A stretch of 37,697 nt of DNA. Source: Candidatus Saccharimonadales bacterium. GTDB taxonomy: Bacteria; Patescibacteriota; Saccharimonadia; Saccharimonadales; UBA4665. The number at the start of each line of letters is the position of its first letter. Within the stretch, counting starts at the first letter, position 1. Location of the stretch: the NCBI GenBank assembly GCA_049661165.1, contig JBASZU010000087.1, positions 1 to 37,697 on the forward strand, read 5' to 3'. Below are positions 1-7,674 of the stretch, one piece after another. The notes below the pieces were generated by a model. It searched no databases. It had not been told where the DNA came from and saw only the letters and a list, made by a program, of their open reading frames with translations. Position numbers and translations under genes: made by a program.

Positions 1-1
1 G

Positions 2-394
2 GCCAAAAAAGATGGCTATGTCGAAACACTGCTCGGCCGTCGCCGCCCCATGCCAGACATTCACTCCAGCAATTTCATTGTGCGGCAAGCCGCCGAGCGC
101 GCGGCAATGAACATGCCCATACAGGGCACCGAAGCAGACCTGATGAAACTGGCAATGGTGGCGGTGGAGCGAAAACTCGAGGAGTTTGCGCAGAGTCATG
201 AGTCAAGAGACATGAGTCATGATGGGCCGCAACAGTTGTTGCAGATACATGACTCTATCCTTGTCGAATGTGCCGAGCAAGATGCCGAAGAAGTGGCGGA
301 CATACTCAAAACCACCATGGAGGCCATTTACCCCGATCTCCCCGTAAAACTCGCCGTAGACACCTCTATAGGCGACAACTGGGGCGAACTGTAG
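2..394 (+). CDS. polA: DNA polymerase I, C-terminal fragment (5' part lies outside the window)
   Basis: The frame is open from the window edge. The translation GYVETLLGRRRPMPDIHSSNFIVRQAAERAAMNMPIQGTEADLMK...IHDSILVE carries family A polymerase motifs (RxxAERxAxNxPIQG, HD). Confidence 0.9.
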   Translation, partial: AKKDGYVETLLGRRRPMPDIHSSNFIVRQAAERAAMNMPIQGTEADLMKLAMVAVERKLEEFAQSHESRDMSHDGPQQLLQIHDSILVECAEQDAEEVADILKTTMEAIYPDLPVKLAVDTSIGDNWGEL

Positions 395-434
395 CTCCTA
401 GGTGTGGTCGCGATATTGATTCCAGCGTAATACA

Positions 435-463
435 TTTACAAAAAGTATTACGTATGGTATATT
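435..463 (+). promoter_or_regulatory. Sigma70-type promoter for the AbrB/PIN operon
   Basis: TTTACA (435-440), 17-nt spacer, then TGgTATATT (455-463). ATG 471 starts 7 nt after the -10 and has no SD, implying a leaderless transcript. Confidence 0.5.
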
Positions 464-470
464 TCTTACC

Positions 471-746
471 ATGAAAACATATGCGACATCTACCATGACA
501 AGCAAGGGGCAGATTACCTTGCCGGCAGCATTTCGGACAGCCATGAAACTACAGCCCGGGAAGCGGGTAGAAATACGTATGCATGGTAATCAATTGACTA
601 TTTTAGCTCCTGTGAGCATTGAGACTGTTCGAACAGAAAATAGGGAATATATGCGCCAGCACATTGTACAGGTGCCGACGCAAGAGCAGATTGATGCTGT
701 TAAAATAGCTGAGTATCGCCAAAAATATGCGTTAGGTGAAGCATAG
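471..746 (+). CDS. vapB: AbrB/MazE/SpoVT-family antitoxin (VapB-like)
   Basis: 91 aa. The N-terminal SKGQITLPAAFRTAMKLQPGKRVEI is the SpoVT/AbrB swapped-hairpin signature. A PIN gene follows immediately. Confidence 0.85.
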   Translation: MKTYATSTMTSKGQITLPAAFRTAMKLQPGKRVEIRMHGNQLTILAPVSIETVRTENREYMRQHIVQVPTQEQIDAVKIAEYRQKYALGEA

Positions 747-747
747 T

Positions 748-1140
748 ATGGAAAAATCACTCGATGCAAACTTCTTGCTTCGCTGGCTTTTGGGTGATGT
801 GCCCACTCAACAAGATTTGACGGACAGGGTTATGTCTGGCAAAGACATGTTGCATGTCGCGGACATGGTACTTGAAGAGATTGCATACGTCATGGAAAGG
901 GTAATAGGTCTGCCTCGTAGCATGGTAGCAAACAATTTCCGCGCTATCATGGCGCAGGCAAATGTAAACTGCAATAGGTCAGTACTCTCTGGAGCATTGC
1001 CGCTGTATGAAAAACATACTGCGTTATCGTTTGTTGACTGTTGCCTAGCGGTGTATGCTGAGCTGAACGGTGCTATACCGTTGCTTACATTTGATAAAAA
1101 ACTTGCTCGTCAATTACCCAATGTTGAACTAGTAGAATAA
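748..1140 (+). CDS. vapC: PIN-domain ribonuclease toxin (VapC-like)
   Basis: 130 aa with LDANFLLRWLL near the N-terminus plus later acidic positions (EEIAYV, FVDCC, TFDKK) typical of PIN. ATG 748 lies 2 nt after the antitoxin stop with GGTGA upstream. GTG 736 from the ORF track is an alternative start. Confidence 0.8.
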   Translation: MEKSLDANFLLRWLLGDVPTQQDLTDRVMSGKDMLHVADMVLEEIAYVMERVIGLPRSMVANNFRAIMAQANVNCNRSVLSGALPLYEKHTALSFVDCCLAVYAELNGAIPLLTFDKKLARQLPNVELVE

Positions 1141-1146
1141 AGAGTT

Positions 1147-1806
1147 ATGGAGAGGCTGTATTCACTAACCGAAGACTATGGGCTAGGTTTATTAACAGAG
1201 GCTGATAAGTCTGTGTTGAGTGTTGGCATCTCAACAGCTGGAGCGGCAGAAATACAGATGGCGCAGCGGTTATCTGAGCGTCGTATCATTGCGACGACTA
1301 TTGATAGGTCCGGCGTTGGTCTGGCTCAAGACGCAGTGAAAAACGCTGGTGTATCTGACCAAGTAGAGGTACGTTTGGAGGATATCGCAAGCGATCTTCC
1401 ATATGCAGACGAAACATTTGATTTTATATACGCTCGACTGGTTCTTCACTATTTGCCAAAACAGCAGCTAGAGAAAGCGGCGCAAAATATTGCCAGGGTA
1501 GTCCATGGTGGCGGTAAACTATTTGTCGTTGTTCGATCGACGGACTGCTTAGAAGCGAAAGACCCCAAGTCGCTGTACGACCCAACGACATGCATGACTA
1601 CGTATCATACTATCGACCGCCCCGATGTCACAGCAAGCCGGTATTTTCACTCAGATGATTCGATAACAGATGTATTAACAAGGCACGGATTTGTGATAGA
1701 TGAACTGACCCACGTAAAAGAAGCGCTCGCGTTTGGTTTTGAGCGAGATATACTTTCGACTCACAAAGACGATCTCATACAGCTTGTTGCGCACAAAAAT
1801 GGGTAA
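1147..1806 (+). CDS. Class I SAM-dependent methyltransferase
   Basis: 219 aa. It has a glycine-rich motif I region (VLSVGISTAGAAE), an acidic motif II, and FDFIYARLVLHYL (Methyltransf_11-like). There is no DPPY/NPPY motif, so it is not an obvious DNA methyltransferase. Confidence 0.75.
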   Translation: MERLYSLTEDYGLGLLTEADKSVLSVGISTAGAAEIQMAQRLSERRIIATTIDRSGVGLAQDAVKNAGVSDQVEVRLEDIASDLPYADETFDFIYARLVLHYLPKQQLEKAAQNIARVVHGGGKLFVVVRSTDCLEAKDPKSLYDPTTCMTTYHTIDRPDVTASRYFHSDDSITDVLTRHGFVIDELTHVKEALAFGFERDILSTHKDDLIQLVAHKNG

Positions 1807-1815
1807 AGTGGACGT

Positions 1816-2364
1816 ATGATTTGGGCGAGAGAATGTTTTTTGGCCGGGGGTTTGGTAGCGGCAGTGGGGCTACTGTATGTGTTTCGGCGGGTACCATTTG
1901 GGACGTATTGGTCGGTGAGTTTACATGCTTCCGCGCGGCGAGATACAACTTTTGTTTTCGGTGGAGCCATGCTTATCGCAACGGCGCTGCTAGCAGTGTA
2001 TTTTGAGGGCTGGCTTATACCGAAGTATGACTACGGTGTTGCCCTGCGGTATGGCCTGAGAGCAGCTATAGCATGTTTGGCTCTGCTGGCGTTAAGCCCG
2101 CACTATGAAGGAAAATGGCAGGGGAGAGTACACGTTGCCGTTTCATGGACCATGGTTGTCCTCATGCCGGTTATTTTGCTGCTGCTTGCGCTTGAAAACT
2201 GGGGTACAACGGGCGGCTACCTTGCTCTGCTAGCAATAGCCGTACAGGCAACGTTACTCGGAATATTTTGGGGTATAAGAGGCATGTACGAGCGTTTTGC
2301 TTTGCTGCAAAGCATCTCTATTGCAGTTTTCTTTGCCGTCATAGCCGTTCTCGGTTATTTGTAA
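1816..2364 (+). CDS. Polytopic membrane protein, unknown family
   Basis: 182 aa with about 5-6 hydrophobic helices and no recognisable catalytic motif. Confidence 0.55.
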   Translation: MIWARECFLAGGLVAAVGLLYVFRRVPFGTYWSVSLHASARRDTTFVFGGAMLIATALLAVYFEGWLIPKYDYGVALRYGLRAAIACLALLALSPHYEGKWQGRVHVAVSWTMVVLMPVILLLLALENWGTTGGYLALLAIAVQATLLGIFWGIRGMYERFALLQSISIAVFFAVIAVLGYL

Positions 2365-2397
2365 TGTGTATCAAAATGTCATCCAGAGGACACCTAG

Positions 2398-2426
2398 TTG
2401 ACATTCTAGATGTATTTTGATACCAT
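2398..2426 (+). promoter_or_regulatory. Promoter of the RelB/RelE-led four-gene operon
   Basis: TTGACA (2398-2403), 17-nt spacer, then TGaTACCAT (2418-2426). ATG 2434 lies 7 nt after the -10. The track's ATG 2410 sits inside the spacer. Confidence 0.5.
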
Positions 2427-2433
2427 TATCGCT

Positions 2434-2736
2434 ATGAATAGCACATCACGCATAACTATACCGGTCGATGAAAACTTTCGCAGTCAGCTTGCTTTAAAAG
2501 CGAGCAGCCTAGGGTTTGATTCTACCCAGGCTATGTTCCGATATGTGGGAAGGGCGCTGGTGGACGGGCGCCGGGTTGATTTTGGGGAAGTAGAAGACAA
2601 CTGGGGTTCGCCTCCACAGCATGTCGTCGAACGGTGGAAACAAAATGCTGTAGAACATGAAAGAGACAAAGCGAGGGGGAGCGTCAAAAGCTTTACAAGC
2701 TCCGACGACGCTCTAGAGTACCTGAACTCTCTATGA
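2434..2736 (+). CDS. RelB/DinJ-like ribbon-helix-helix antitoxin
   Basis: ITIPVDENFRSQLALKASSLGFDSTQAMFRYVGRALV matches the DinJ/RelB N-terminal pattern. Its stop overlaps the toxin start (ATGA at 2733-2736). The start was chosen from promoter geometry; 2410 is the alternative. Confidence 0.7.
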   Translation: MNSTSRITIPVDENFRSQLALKASSLGFDSTQAMFRYVGRALVDGRRVDFGEVEDNWGSPPQHVVERWKQNAVEHERDKARGSVKSFTSSDDALEYLNSL

Positions 2737-3005
2737 AGCCGATTGAGTTTGATAAAAGTTTCATAAAAGCGTACAAAAAACGTATAGTACATGACCAAAA
2801 ACTCAAAAAGCGTTTTGGTCTGCGTTTCGCACAGTGGCAGAGCGGTGAACGCTGTGCTCCCTTATTTGATCATGCGCTCGATGGGAATATGCTGGGGCTT
2901 CGCGCTTTTTCGGTCAGCGGCGATGTGAGAGTTATTTACTACGAAACAGACGAAGCGTATGTTTTTACGGATGTCGGCTCACATGCACAGGTGTACGGGG
3001 AGTGA
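2733..3005 (+). CDS. RelE/StbE/YafQ-family mRNA interferase toxin
   Basis: 90 aa. FIKAYKKR..., ...GLRAFSVSGDVRVIYYE...VFTDVGSHAQVYG is the typical RelE/YafQ layout. It is a paralog of the gene at 19971-20237. Confidence 0.8.
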   Translation: MKPIEFDKSFIKAYKKRIVHDQKLKKRFGLRFAQWQSGERCAPLFDHALDGNMLGLRAFSVSGDVRVIYYETDEAYVFTDVGSHAQVYGE

Positions 3006-3928
3006 TTGCGGTGTGGCAGAAATTTGGGGATTATCGGGCAGGGAGAAGGGTGCGAAAGCAGAGTTCGGGTGCGCGGACGCTGTACGAAGATGTGCAGGTT
3101 AGTTTGCGCAACGGAGTGCCCATAGCGAGTCGTCGTTGGCGCGGGCAGCCCGATGTGCAGCATTTGAAACCACTTATCGAACAGGCCAAAAAAGAGGCTA
3201 GCGACATAGAGTCTTCTGCGAACCTGAGTGGTGCGAAGGCATGGCACTGGTTGCGGGCACTGGTGCTGCAAGCACCGCAGGCTGCTCTGGCACAGGGGCA
3301 GATGGACAAGCACCCCCACGGGTACCATAGTCGGGGGGAGCGTTTGTATGAGCTTATAGACTTTAACGACGCCTTTGTGTCGACGGTGCTGGCGCTCGAC
3401 GAGCCGCTGTTGGCGGGCTTTAGCGACGAAGCGAAACGGCTCATGGACTGGTTTTGCAAACGAGTTGGGGTGCGGGGGTTTAGCGACGAGCAGTACCAGG
3501 CTATTGTGCAAGGACTCAGTCGCGAAATAGCTGTGTACCGCGGTGTGCAAAAGGAAGGCTTTGCTGCATCAATGACCAGCCGGGCAAGCGACGCCCTGGG
3601 GATTGACATGGTTATCACGGACCCAGCAACCGGAAAATACGTAAACATTGACTGCAAAGCCCCAAGTGCCTACCGTCACCGTATTTACGACTTGCTGCGC
3701 GAGGGTAGACTCAGCGAAGAAGAAGTGACAGCGGCGGAAATGCTGGGCTATATAGGTGAAATGAACGGCCACGGCGGTGAACGTACCGAAGTCATCTTGT
3801 GGCGGATAGAAAAGGAACGGTACGGCGAAATTGCGGGGTTTAGTTTTACAGACACTACCGAGCTTGGAAAGACAATCCGCGCTATACTGGACACATATGG
3901 AACAGCAACGACCACTCATAGACGATAA
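3002..3928 (+). CDS. Hypothetical protein with PD-(D/E)xK nuclease-like motif
   Basis: 308 aa. The GTG start overlaps the RelE stop (GTGA at 3002-3005); GTG 3050 is an alternative. A candidate helix Glu (SREIAVYR) is followed by GIDMVI (Asp codon 3605-3607), then YVNIDCK (DxK, Lys codon 3656-3658). The long antisense ORFs here are Ser/Cys/Arg-rich shadows. Confidence 0.55.
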   Translation: MIAVWQKFGDYRAGRRVRKQSSGARTLYEDVQVSLRNGVPIASRRWRGQPDVQHLKPLIEQAKKEASDIESSANLSGAKAWHWLRALVLQAPQAALAQGQMDKHPHGYHSRGERLYELIDFNDAFVSTVLALDEPLLAGFSDEAKRLMDWFCKRVGVRGFSDEQYQAIVQGLSREIAVYRGVQKEGFAASMTSRASDALGIDMVITDPATGKYVNIDCKAPSAYRHRIYDLLREGRLSEEEVTAAEMLGYIGEMNGHGGERTEVILWRIEKERYGEIAGFSFTDTTELGKTIRAILDTYGTATTTHRR

Positions 3929-4169
3929 ACTAGCAAGTGAACTCACCCGCCAGCTAAAGATTATTAACTTCTGGATTAGCTTGTTCGGAAGCATTATAGT
4001 CATCACGCTGCTTATACTCGGGTTCCTTGTTTTTAAAGTGGTAACATACGTGCAAAGTACCGAACAAAAGGTGAGTGACCTGCGGCAAAAAACGGTGAAC
4101 ACGCTGAATGTAAAAGACGACTTATGTAAAAACAGTGTGCTCAGCGGCAGCGGCTACTGCAAAAACTGA
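3897..4169 (+). CDS. Small single-pass membrane protein
   Basis: 90 aa from ATG 3897, which overlaps the previous gene by 32 nt. One strong TM helix (FWISLFGSIIVITLLILGFLVFKVV) and a Cys-containing C-terminal tail. Confidence 0.45.
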   Translation: MEQQRPLIDDKLASELTRQLKIINFWISLFGSIIVITLLILGFLVFKVVTYVQSTEQKVSDLRQKTVNTLNVKDDLCKNSVLSGSGYCKN

Positions 4170-4209
4170 ATACTCAAAACATGTCCCGTAAATAACAGAT
4201 ATGTAGTAC

Positions 4210-4244
4210 ACGTTATGCTCAAGGACTGTCCTTGAGCATAACGT
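4210..4244 (+). promoter_or_regulatory. Perfect 16-bp inverted repeat (upstream terminator and/or PadR operator)
   Basis: acgttatgctcaagga (4210-4225), loop ctg, then tccttgagcataacgt (4229-4244). It lies 41 nt after the upstream stop and ends 12 nt before TATAAT (4257-4262). That -10 is 7 nt upstream of the padR ATG at 4270. Confidence 0.45.
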
Positions 4245-4269
4245 TGTCTATTGACATATAATATTTGGC

Positions 4270-4644
4270 ATGGTACCTTGGTATGGAAAGGTAGCTTTTA
4301 ACATGCTGGACAAAGAAAAAATAGATGACAGTTTCGCCCCATTACGCAAAGGGCTGCTTGAGTTTGCTGTGCTCAGTACAGTTTCTCGGAGCAAGGTATA
4401 CGCAGCCGACATCCTTGAACGGTTGCTTAGAACGCCGTTTGCCACCAGCGAGGGCACGCTGTACCCGCTGCTTTCAAGACTCAAACGCGATGAATATCTG
4501 GCGTATGAGTGGGCAGAAAGCGAAGCTGGTCCACCGCGTAAGTATTACAGCCTAACGCCAGCAGGTAAGGCGCGGTTGGCAGAGCTGCATGTGTACTGGA
4601 ACGAATTATACAAAAGCTTGGAAGCACTAGGAGGCAAGCGATGA
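4270..4644 (+). CDS. PadR-family transcriptional regulator
   Basis: 124 aa. The winged-helix region ...VYAADILERL...SEGTLYPLLSRLKRDEYLAYEW...GPPRKYYSLTPAGK is the PadR signature. ATG 4303 is an alternative start. Confidence 0.9.
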   Translation: MVPWYGKVAFNMLDKEKIDDSFAPLRKGLLEFAVLSTVSRSKVYAADILERLLRTPFATSEGTLYPLLSRLKRDEYLAYEWAESEAGPPRKYYSLTPAGKARLAELHVYWNELYKSLEALGGKR

Positions 4645-5756
4645 AAAAGGTAGTAACAATAAATCTAAATGGGCGAGCGTATCAGGTCGAAGAGGCTGGC
4701 TATGAAGCACTGCAGGATTACCTCAGCAAGGCTGAAAAAACGCTGGTGAAAAACCAGGACAAAACAGAGATATTGGCCGATATAGAGCAGGCCATAGCAG
4801 ATAAGTGCACTGGCGAACTCAAAACCGGCAAGAATGTCATTGCCACAGAAACAGTTCGAGCAGTCCTAGAGAAGATAGGGCCTGTCCAAGAGGGTTCTAC
4901 AGATGAAGATGAACCGGGTGAGTCGGGGGCGGGTGTTGAATCGGCGCGCAAACTGTACCGACTGCCGAAAGAAGGTCAGCTAGCTGGTGTATGTGCGGGT
5001 CTGGCGGCGTATTTTGGCACCGATACGACCATCATGCGGGTGATATTTGTCGTACTATTGTTTATTTCACAGGGTTTCATGATACTCATTTATTTGGCAC
5101 TGGCGGTTGCGATGCCAGAGGCTAAAAAGCCGGAGCAAGTTGCAGAAGCTTACGGCAAACCAGGCACCGCCAAGGAAATCGTTGGCCGGGTCAAAGATAT
5201 TGCTACCGATAAAGACAATGTCGCCAAAATTGGCACGGTTATTACAGTGGTAGGACGGGCGATTGCCCAAATTCTCAAATTTGCTGCAGCGGTCATTTTT
5301 GGTGCATTTACTCTCGCATGGGTGTGGGTGCTTGGCGCAATCGGGCTCGAGGGCCTGCAGTTTAAGGATGAACTCGCTTCTCTGAACGGCTTCAAGCAAA
5401 TGGTGTTCGTAACAGCAGTTTATATAGTGGTGGCCGTACCATTTTTCTTGCTCGTGCGGGCGCTAGACAGGGCAACCCGTGAGGGCGCAAAAGATGAGCT
5501 GAAGAATACGGCCGCATTTGACGGAACTATGATAGCGCTCATAGTCACCGCGACCGTTGTTCTGAGTGCATTTTTTAGTGTATATGCCACAAGTGTTAAC
5601 GACTATGTTACTACCCACGGCGGCTATCTAGATTTCGGTCGGCATCACCTGTGCGTAGATGAGGCAAAGTGCGGGTCGGGCATAGAGTATCTCCGTGCAC
5701 ATCCGCAATATTGGGACGAAAACCCTCAGATTGACCGCAGGCTATTGCAAAACTAG
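4641..5756 (+). CDS. PspC-domain membrane protein
   Basis: 371 aa. ATGA overlap with padR, and AGGAGG (4629-4634) 6 nt upstream of the ATG. LYRLPKEGQLAGVCAGLAAYFGTDTTIMRVIFVVLLF is the PspC domain, followed by several TM helices. Confidence 0.85.
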   Translation: MKKVVTINLNGRAYQVEEAGYEALQDYLSKAEKTLVKNQDKTEILADIEQAIADKCTGELKTGKNVIATETVRAVLEKIGPVQEGSTDEDEPGESGAGVESARKLYRLPKEGQLAGVCAGLAAYFGTDTTIMRVIFVVLLFISQGFMILIYLALAVAMPEAKKPEQVAEAYGKPGTAKEIVGRVKDIATDKDNVAKIGTVITVVGRAIAQILKFAAAVIFGAFTLAWVWVLGAIGLEGLQFKDELASLNGFKQMVFVTAVYIVVAVPFFLLVRALDRATREGAKDELKNTAAFDGTMIALIVTATVVLSAFFSVYATSVNDYVTTHGGYLDFGRHHLCVDEAKCGSGIEYLRAHPQYWDENPQIDRRLLQN

Positions 5757-5773
5757 TGTAAATATGCTATTAT
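5745..5773 (+). promoter_or_regulatory. Promoter for the gene at 5783
   Basis: TTGCAA (5745-5750), 17-nt spacer, then TGcTATTAT (5765-5773). The ATG is 9 nt downstream with no SD. Confidence 0.45.
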
Positions 5774-5782
5774 GTAGACACT

Positions 5783-6370
5783 ATGATGGAGAATAGTTCG
5801 AGAATCGTAAGATTAATAATCTTTTTGCTGGTGTGTATTGGGCTCATCTGGCTCATTGTCCTGCTATTTAGTCGTGTATTTTCAAGTGGCAATCAAACCA
5901 CCCCTGTTGCAACCACCCAGATGAGCAGCTATGGACGTATTGGCACGAGCGCGCAGCTCTTCATTGATGGGCCAGTTGTGGTTAATCAAGAGCACCGAGC
6001 ACTCCGAATAACCGTAGAGGCCACTCAGAGCAAGATAGAATTGCTAACTGGGTACGATGGTCAAGTTATCAGGCAAGAGGTTTTTCCGGGCACCCTAGAG
6101 GGTTACAAAACATTTCTGAGCTCATTAGAGACACTTGGCTTCAACAAAGGCAATAAAACAACGCAAAAGGATGAGCGTGGCCAGTGCCCCTTGCAAAATA
6201 GATTTGTATATACGTTAACGGACGCGGGTAGCGATGTCTTTCGGTACTGGTCAACACCGTGTGGCACGGGCAACTTTGGAGGCAGGCAGTCATCGGTGCG
6301 CGTACTATTCCAAAGACAAATCCCCCTGAAGATATACAATGAATTTTCTCGTGGCCTACAGGCCAGCTAA
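5783..6370 (+). CDS. N-terminally anchored hypothetical protein
   Basis: 195 aa. One N-terminal TM/signal-anchor (IVRLIIFLLVCIGLIWLIVLLF), then a soluble domain with two Cys. No recognised family. Confidence 0.6.
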   Translation: MMENSSRIVRLIIFLLVCIGLIWLIVLLFSRVFSSGNQTTPVATTQMSSYGRIGTSAQLFIDGPVVVNQEHRALRITVEATQSKIELLTGYDGQVIRQEVFPGTLEGYKTFLSSLETLGFNKGNKTTQKDERGQCPLQNRFVYTLTDAGSDVFRYWSTPCGTGNFGGRQSSVRVLFQRQIPLKIYNEFSRGLQAS

Positions 6371-6399
6371 TACCTGGTACCTGCTACAATACAGAAGCC

Positions 6400-6981
6400 A
6401 TGGGAGAGATAAACGCAATTATATTTGATCTATACGGTGTATTGGGGCAGAACGGCTGGCAGGGCTTTAAAGAAAAACATTTTGGTCAGCGACCCCAGGC
6501 CTGGGAGCGGCTGCGGCGGCTCGGGCAGCAGGCGGATGCCGGTGCGGCGAGCCAGGAGACGTTTGTAGCGGCACTTGTAGGTGCAACTGGGGAGACCGAG
6601 GCAACCATTCGCCGCCAGTTTGAACAGACACGACCAAATCTCCAACTACTAGATTTTATAGCGCAGGAACTAAAGCCTGCCTACAAGATTGGTCTATTAA
6701 GTAACACAAGCCACGATGTATTCCAAAGCATATTTTCTGCTGAGCAGTATGCGTTATTCGATGCCGCCATAGGCTCATTTGCCGTGGGCCTGACAAAGCC
6801 TGACCCCGCAATGTTTGCGCTGATGTGCCGTGAGCTAGCCGTGGAGCCAGAGGCTTGCGTGATGGTTGATGACAAATCTACGCACCTGCTAGCTGCTGAA
6901 ACTATGGGCATGCGAGGTATCTTGTACCAAACGGCCGAACAGACCATACGAGACCTACGGGGTATGTTAGCGGATGATTAA
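6400..6981 (+). CDS. HAD-superfamily hydrolase (subfamily IA-like)
   Basis: 193 aa. Motif I is IIFDLYGVL, motif II LLSNTS, motif III K(PDP), motif IV VDD. An extended -10 TGcTACAAT (6382-6390) lies 9 nt before the ATG. Confidence 0.8.
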   Translation: MGEINAIIFDLYGVLGQNGWQGFKEKHFGQRPQAWERLRRLGQQADAGAASQETFVAALVGATGETEATIRRQFEQTRPNLQLLDFIAQELKPAYKIGLLSNTSHDVFQSIFSAEQYALFDAAIGSFAVGLTKPDPAMFALMCRELAVEPEACVMVDDKSTHLLAAETMGMRGILYQTAEQTIRDLRGMLADD

Positions 6982-7558
6982 GGCTATTATTTTTGATTGT
7001 TTTGGCGTGGTGCTTACAGACGCGCTACAGGCAATACGGAGCGATCTAGCCCTGAGAAATCCTCAAGGTGCTCGGGAAGTAAGTGATATTATTGCGGCGA
7101 ATAACCGTGGTCTTATGGAGCCAAGCGAATCACGAGAACAGATAGCGGCAATCATGGGTATCACTACAGATGAATTTCGTTCGCGCGTCGCCGCCGGAGA
7201 AGTGCGGGACGAAGCTCTGCTGAACTATGTTTTAGACCTGCGCCAGAGCTTCAAGACAGCTATGTTAAGTAATATCGCTGGTGAGAGTCTGCAGAGACGG
7301 TTCCCGGGGAATGAACTAGCCGTGTATTTTGATGAAGTAATTGCCTCGGCTGAGATTGGGTTTGCTAAACCCGACCATCAGGCATACGAAATCGCCGCCG
7401 AGCGACTCGGCGTTATGCCTGCGGAGTGTGTGTTTACGGACGACAGAGAAGGGTTTTGCGTGGCCGCAGGGGACGTCGGCATGCACCCAATTTTGTATAA
7501 AAATTTTGCACAGTTCTCTACTGAACTGCGCGAACTATTGAAAAAATTACAGGGGTAA
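6974..7558 (+). CDS. HAD-superfamily hydrolase (tandem paralog)
   Basis: 194 aa. IIFDCFGVV, MLSNI, KPD and TDD motifs. It overlaps the previous HAD gene by 8 nt. Confidence 0.8.
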   Translation: MIKAIIFDCFGVVLTDALQAIRSDLALRNPQGAREVSDIIAANNRGLMEPSESREQIAAIMGITTDEFRSRVAAGEVRDEALLNYVLDLRQSFKTAMLSNIAGESLQRRFPGNELAVYFDEVIASAEIGFAKPDHQAYEIAAERLGVMPAECVFTDDREGFCVAAGDVGMHPILYKNFAQFSTELRELLKKLQG

Positions 7559-7674
7559 TTGTAAGAATTCTTACAGTAAATGTTGATTGAATATAACCAG
7601 TTACTGCTGTATAACTAATAGGGTAAAGCAGTAGCGTTTATGCTGAACGCTGAAATTTGGCGAGGGAGTCGGAT

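Noticed and set aside
1147-3928. The methyltransferase plus the PD-(D/E)xK-like protein as a restriction-modification pair.
   Set aside because: The methyltransferase lacks DPPY/NPPY-type DNA-methyltransferase motifs. It is separated from the nuclease-like gene by a membrane protein gene and a separate promoter.
2939-4102. Three long minus-strand ORFs (203, 208 and 177 aa) opposite the 308-aa gene.
   Set aside because: Their Ser/Cys/Arg/Pro-rich composition is typical of antisense frames. The plus strand gives balanced protein-like sequence, start/stop coupling to RelE, and a nuclease-like motif.
7657-7674. ORF-track alternative starts: TTG 7657 for the surface protein, TTG 12506 for mutM, TTG 27123 for rpsO.
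   Set aside because: The downstream ATGs fit better. ATG 7675 has an SD. ATG 12545 gives the obligatory Met-Pro-Glu Fpg N-terminus. ATG 27144 gives the canonical S15 length.
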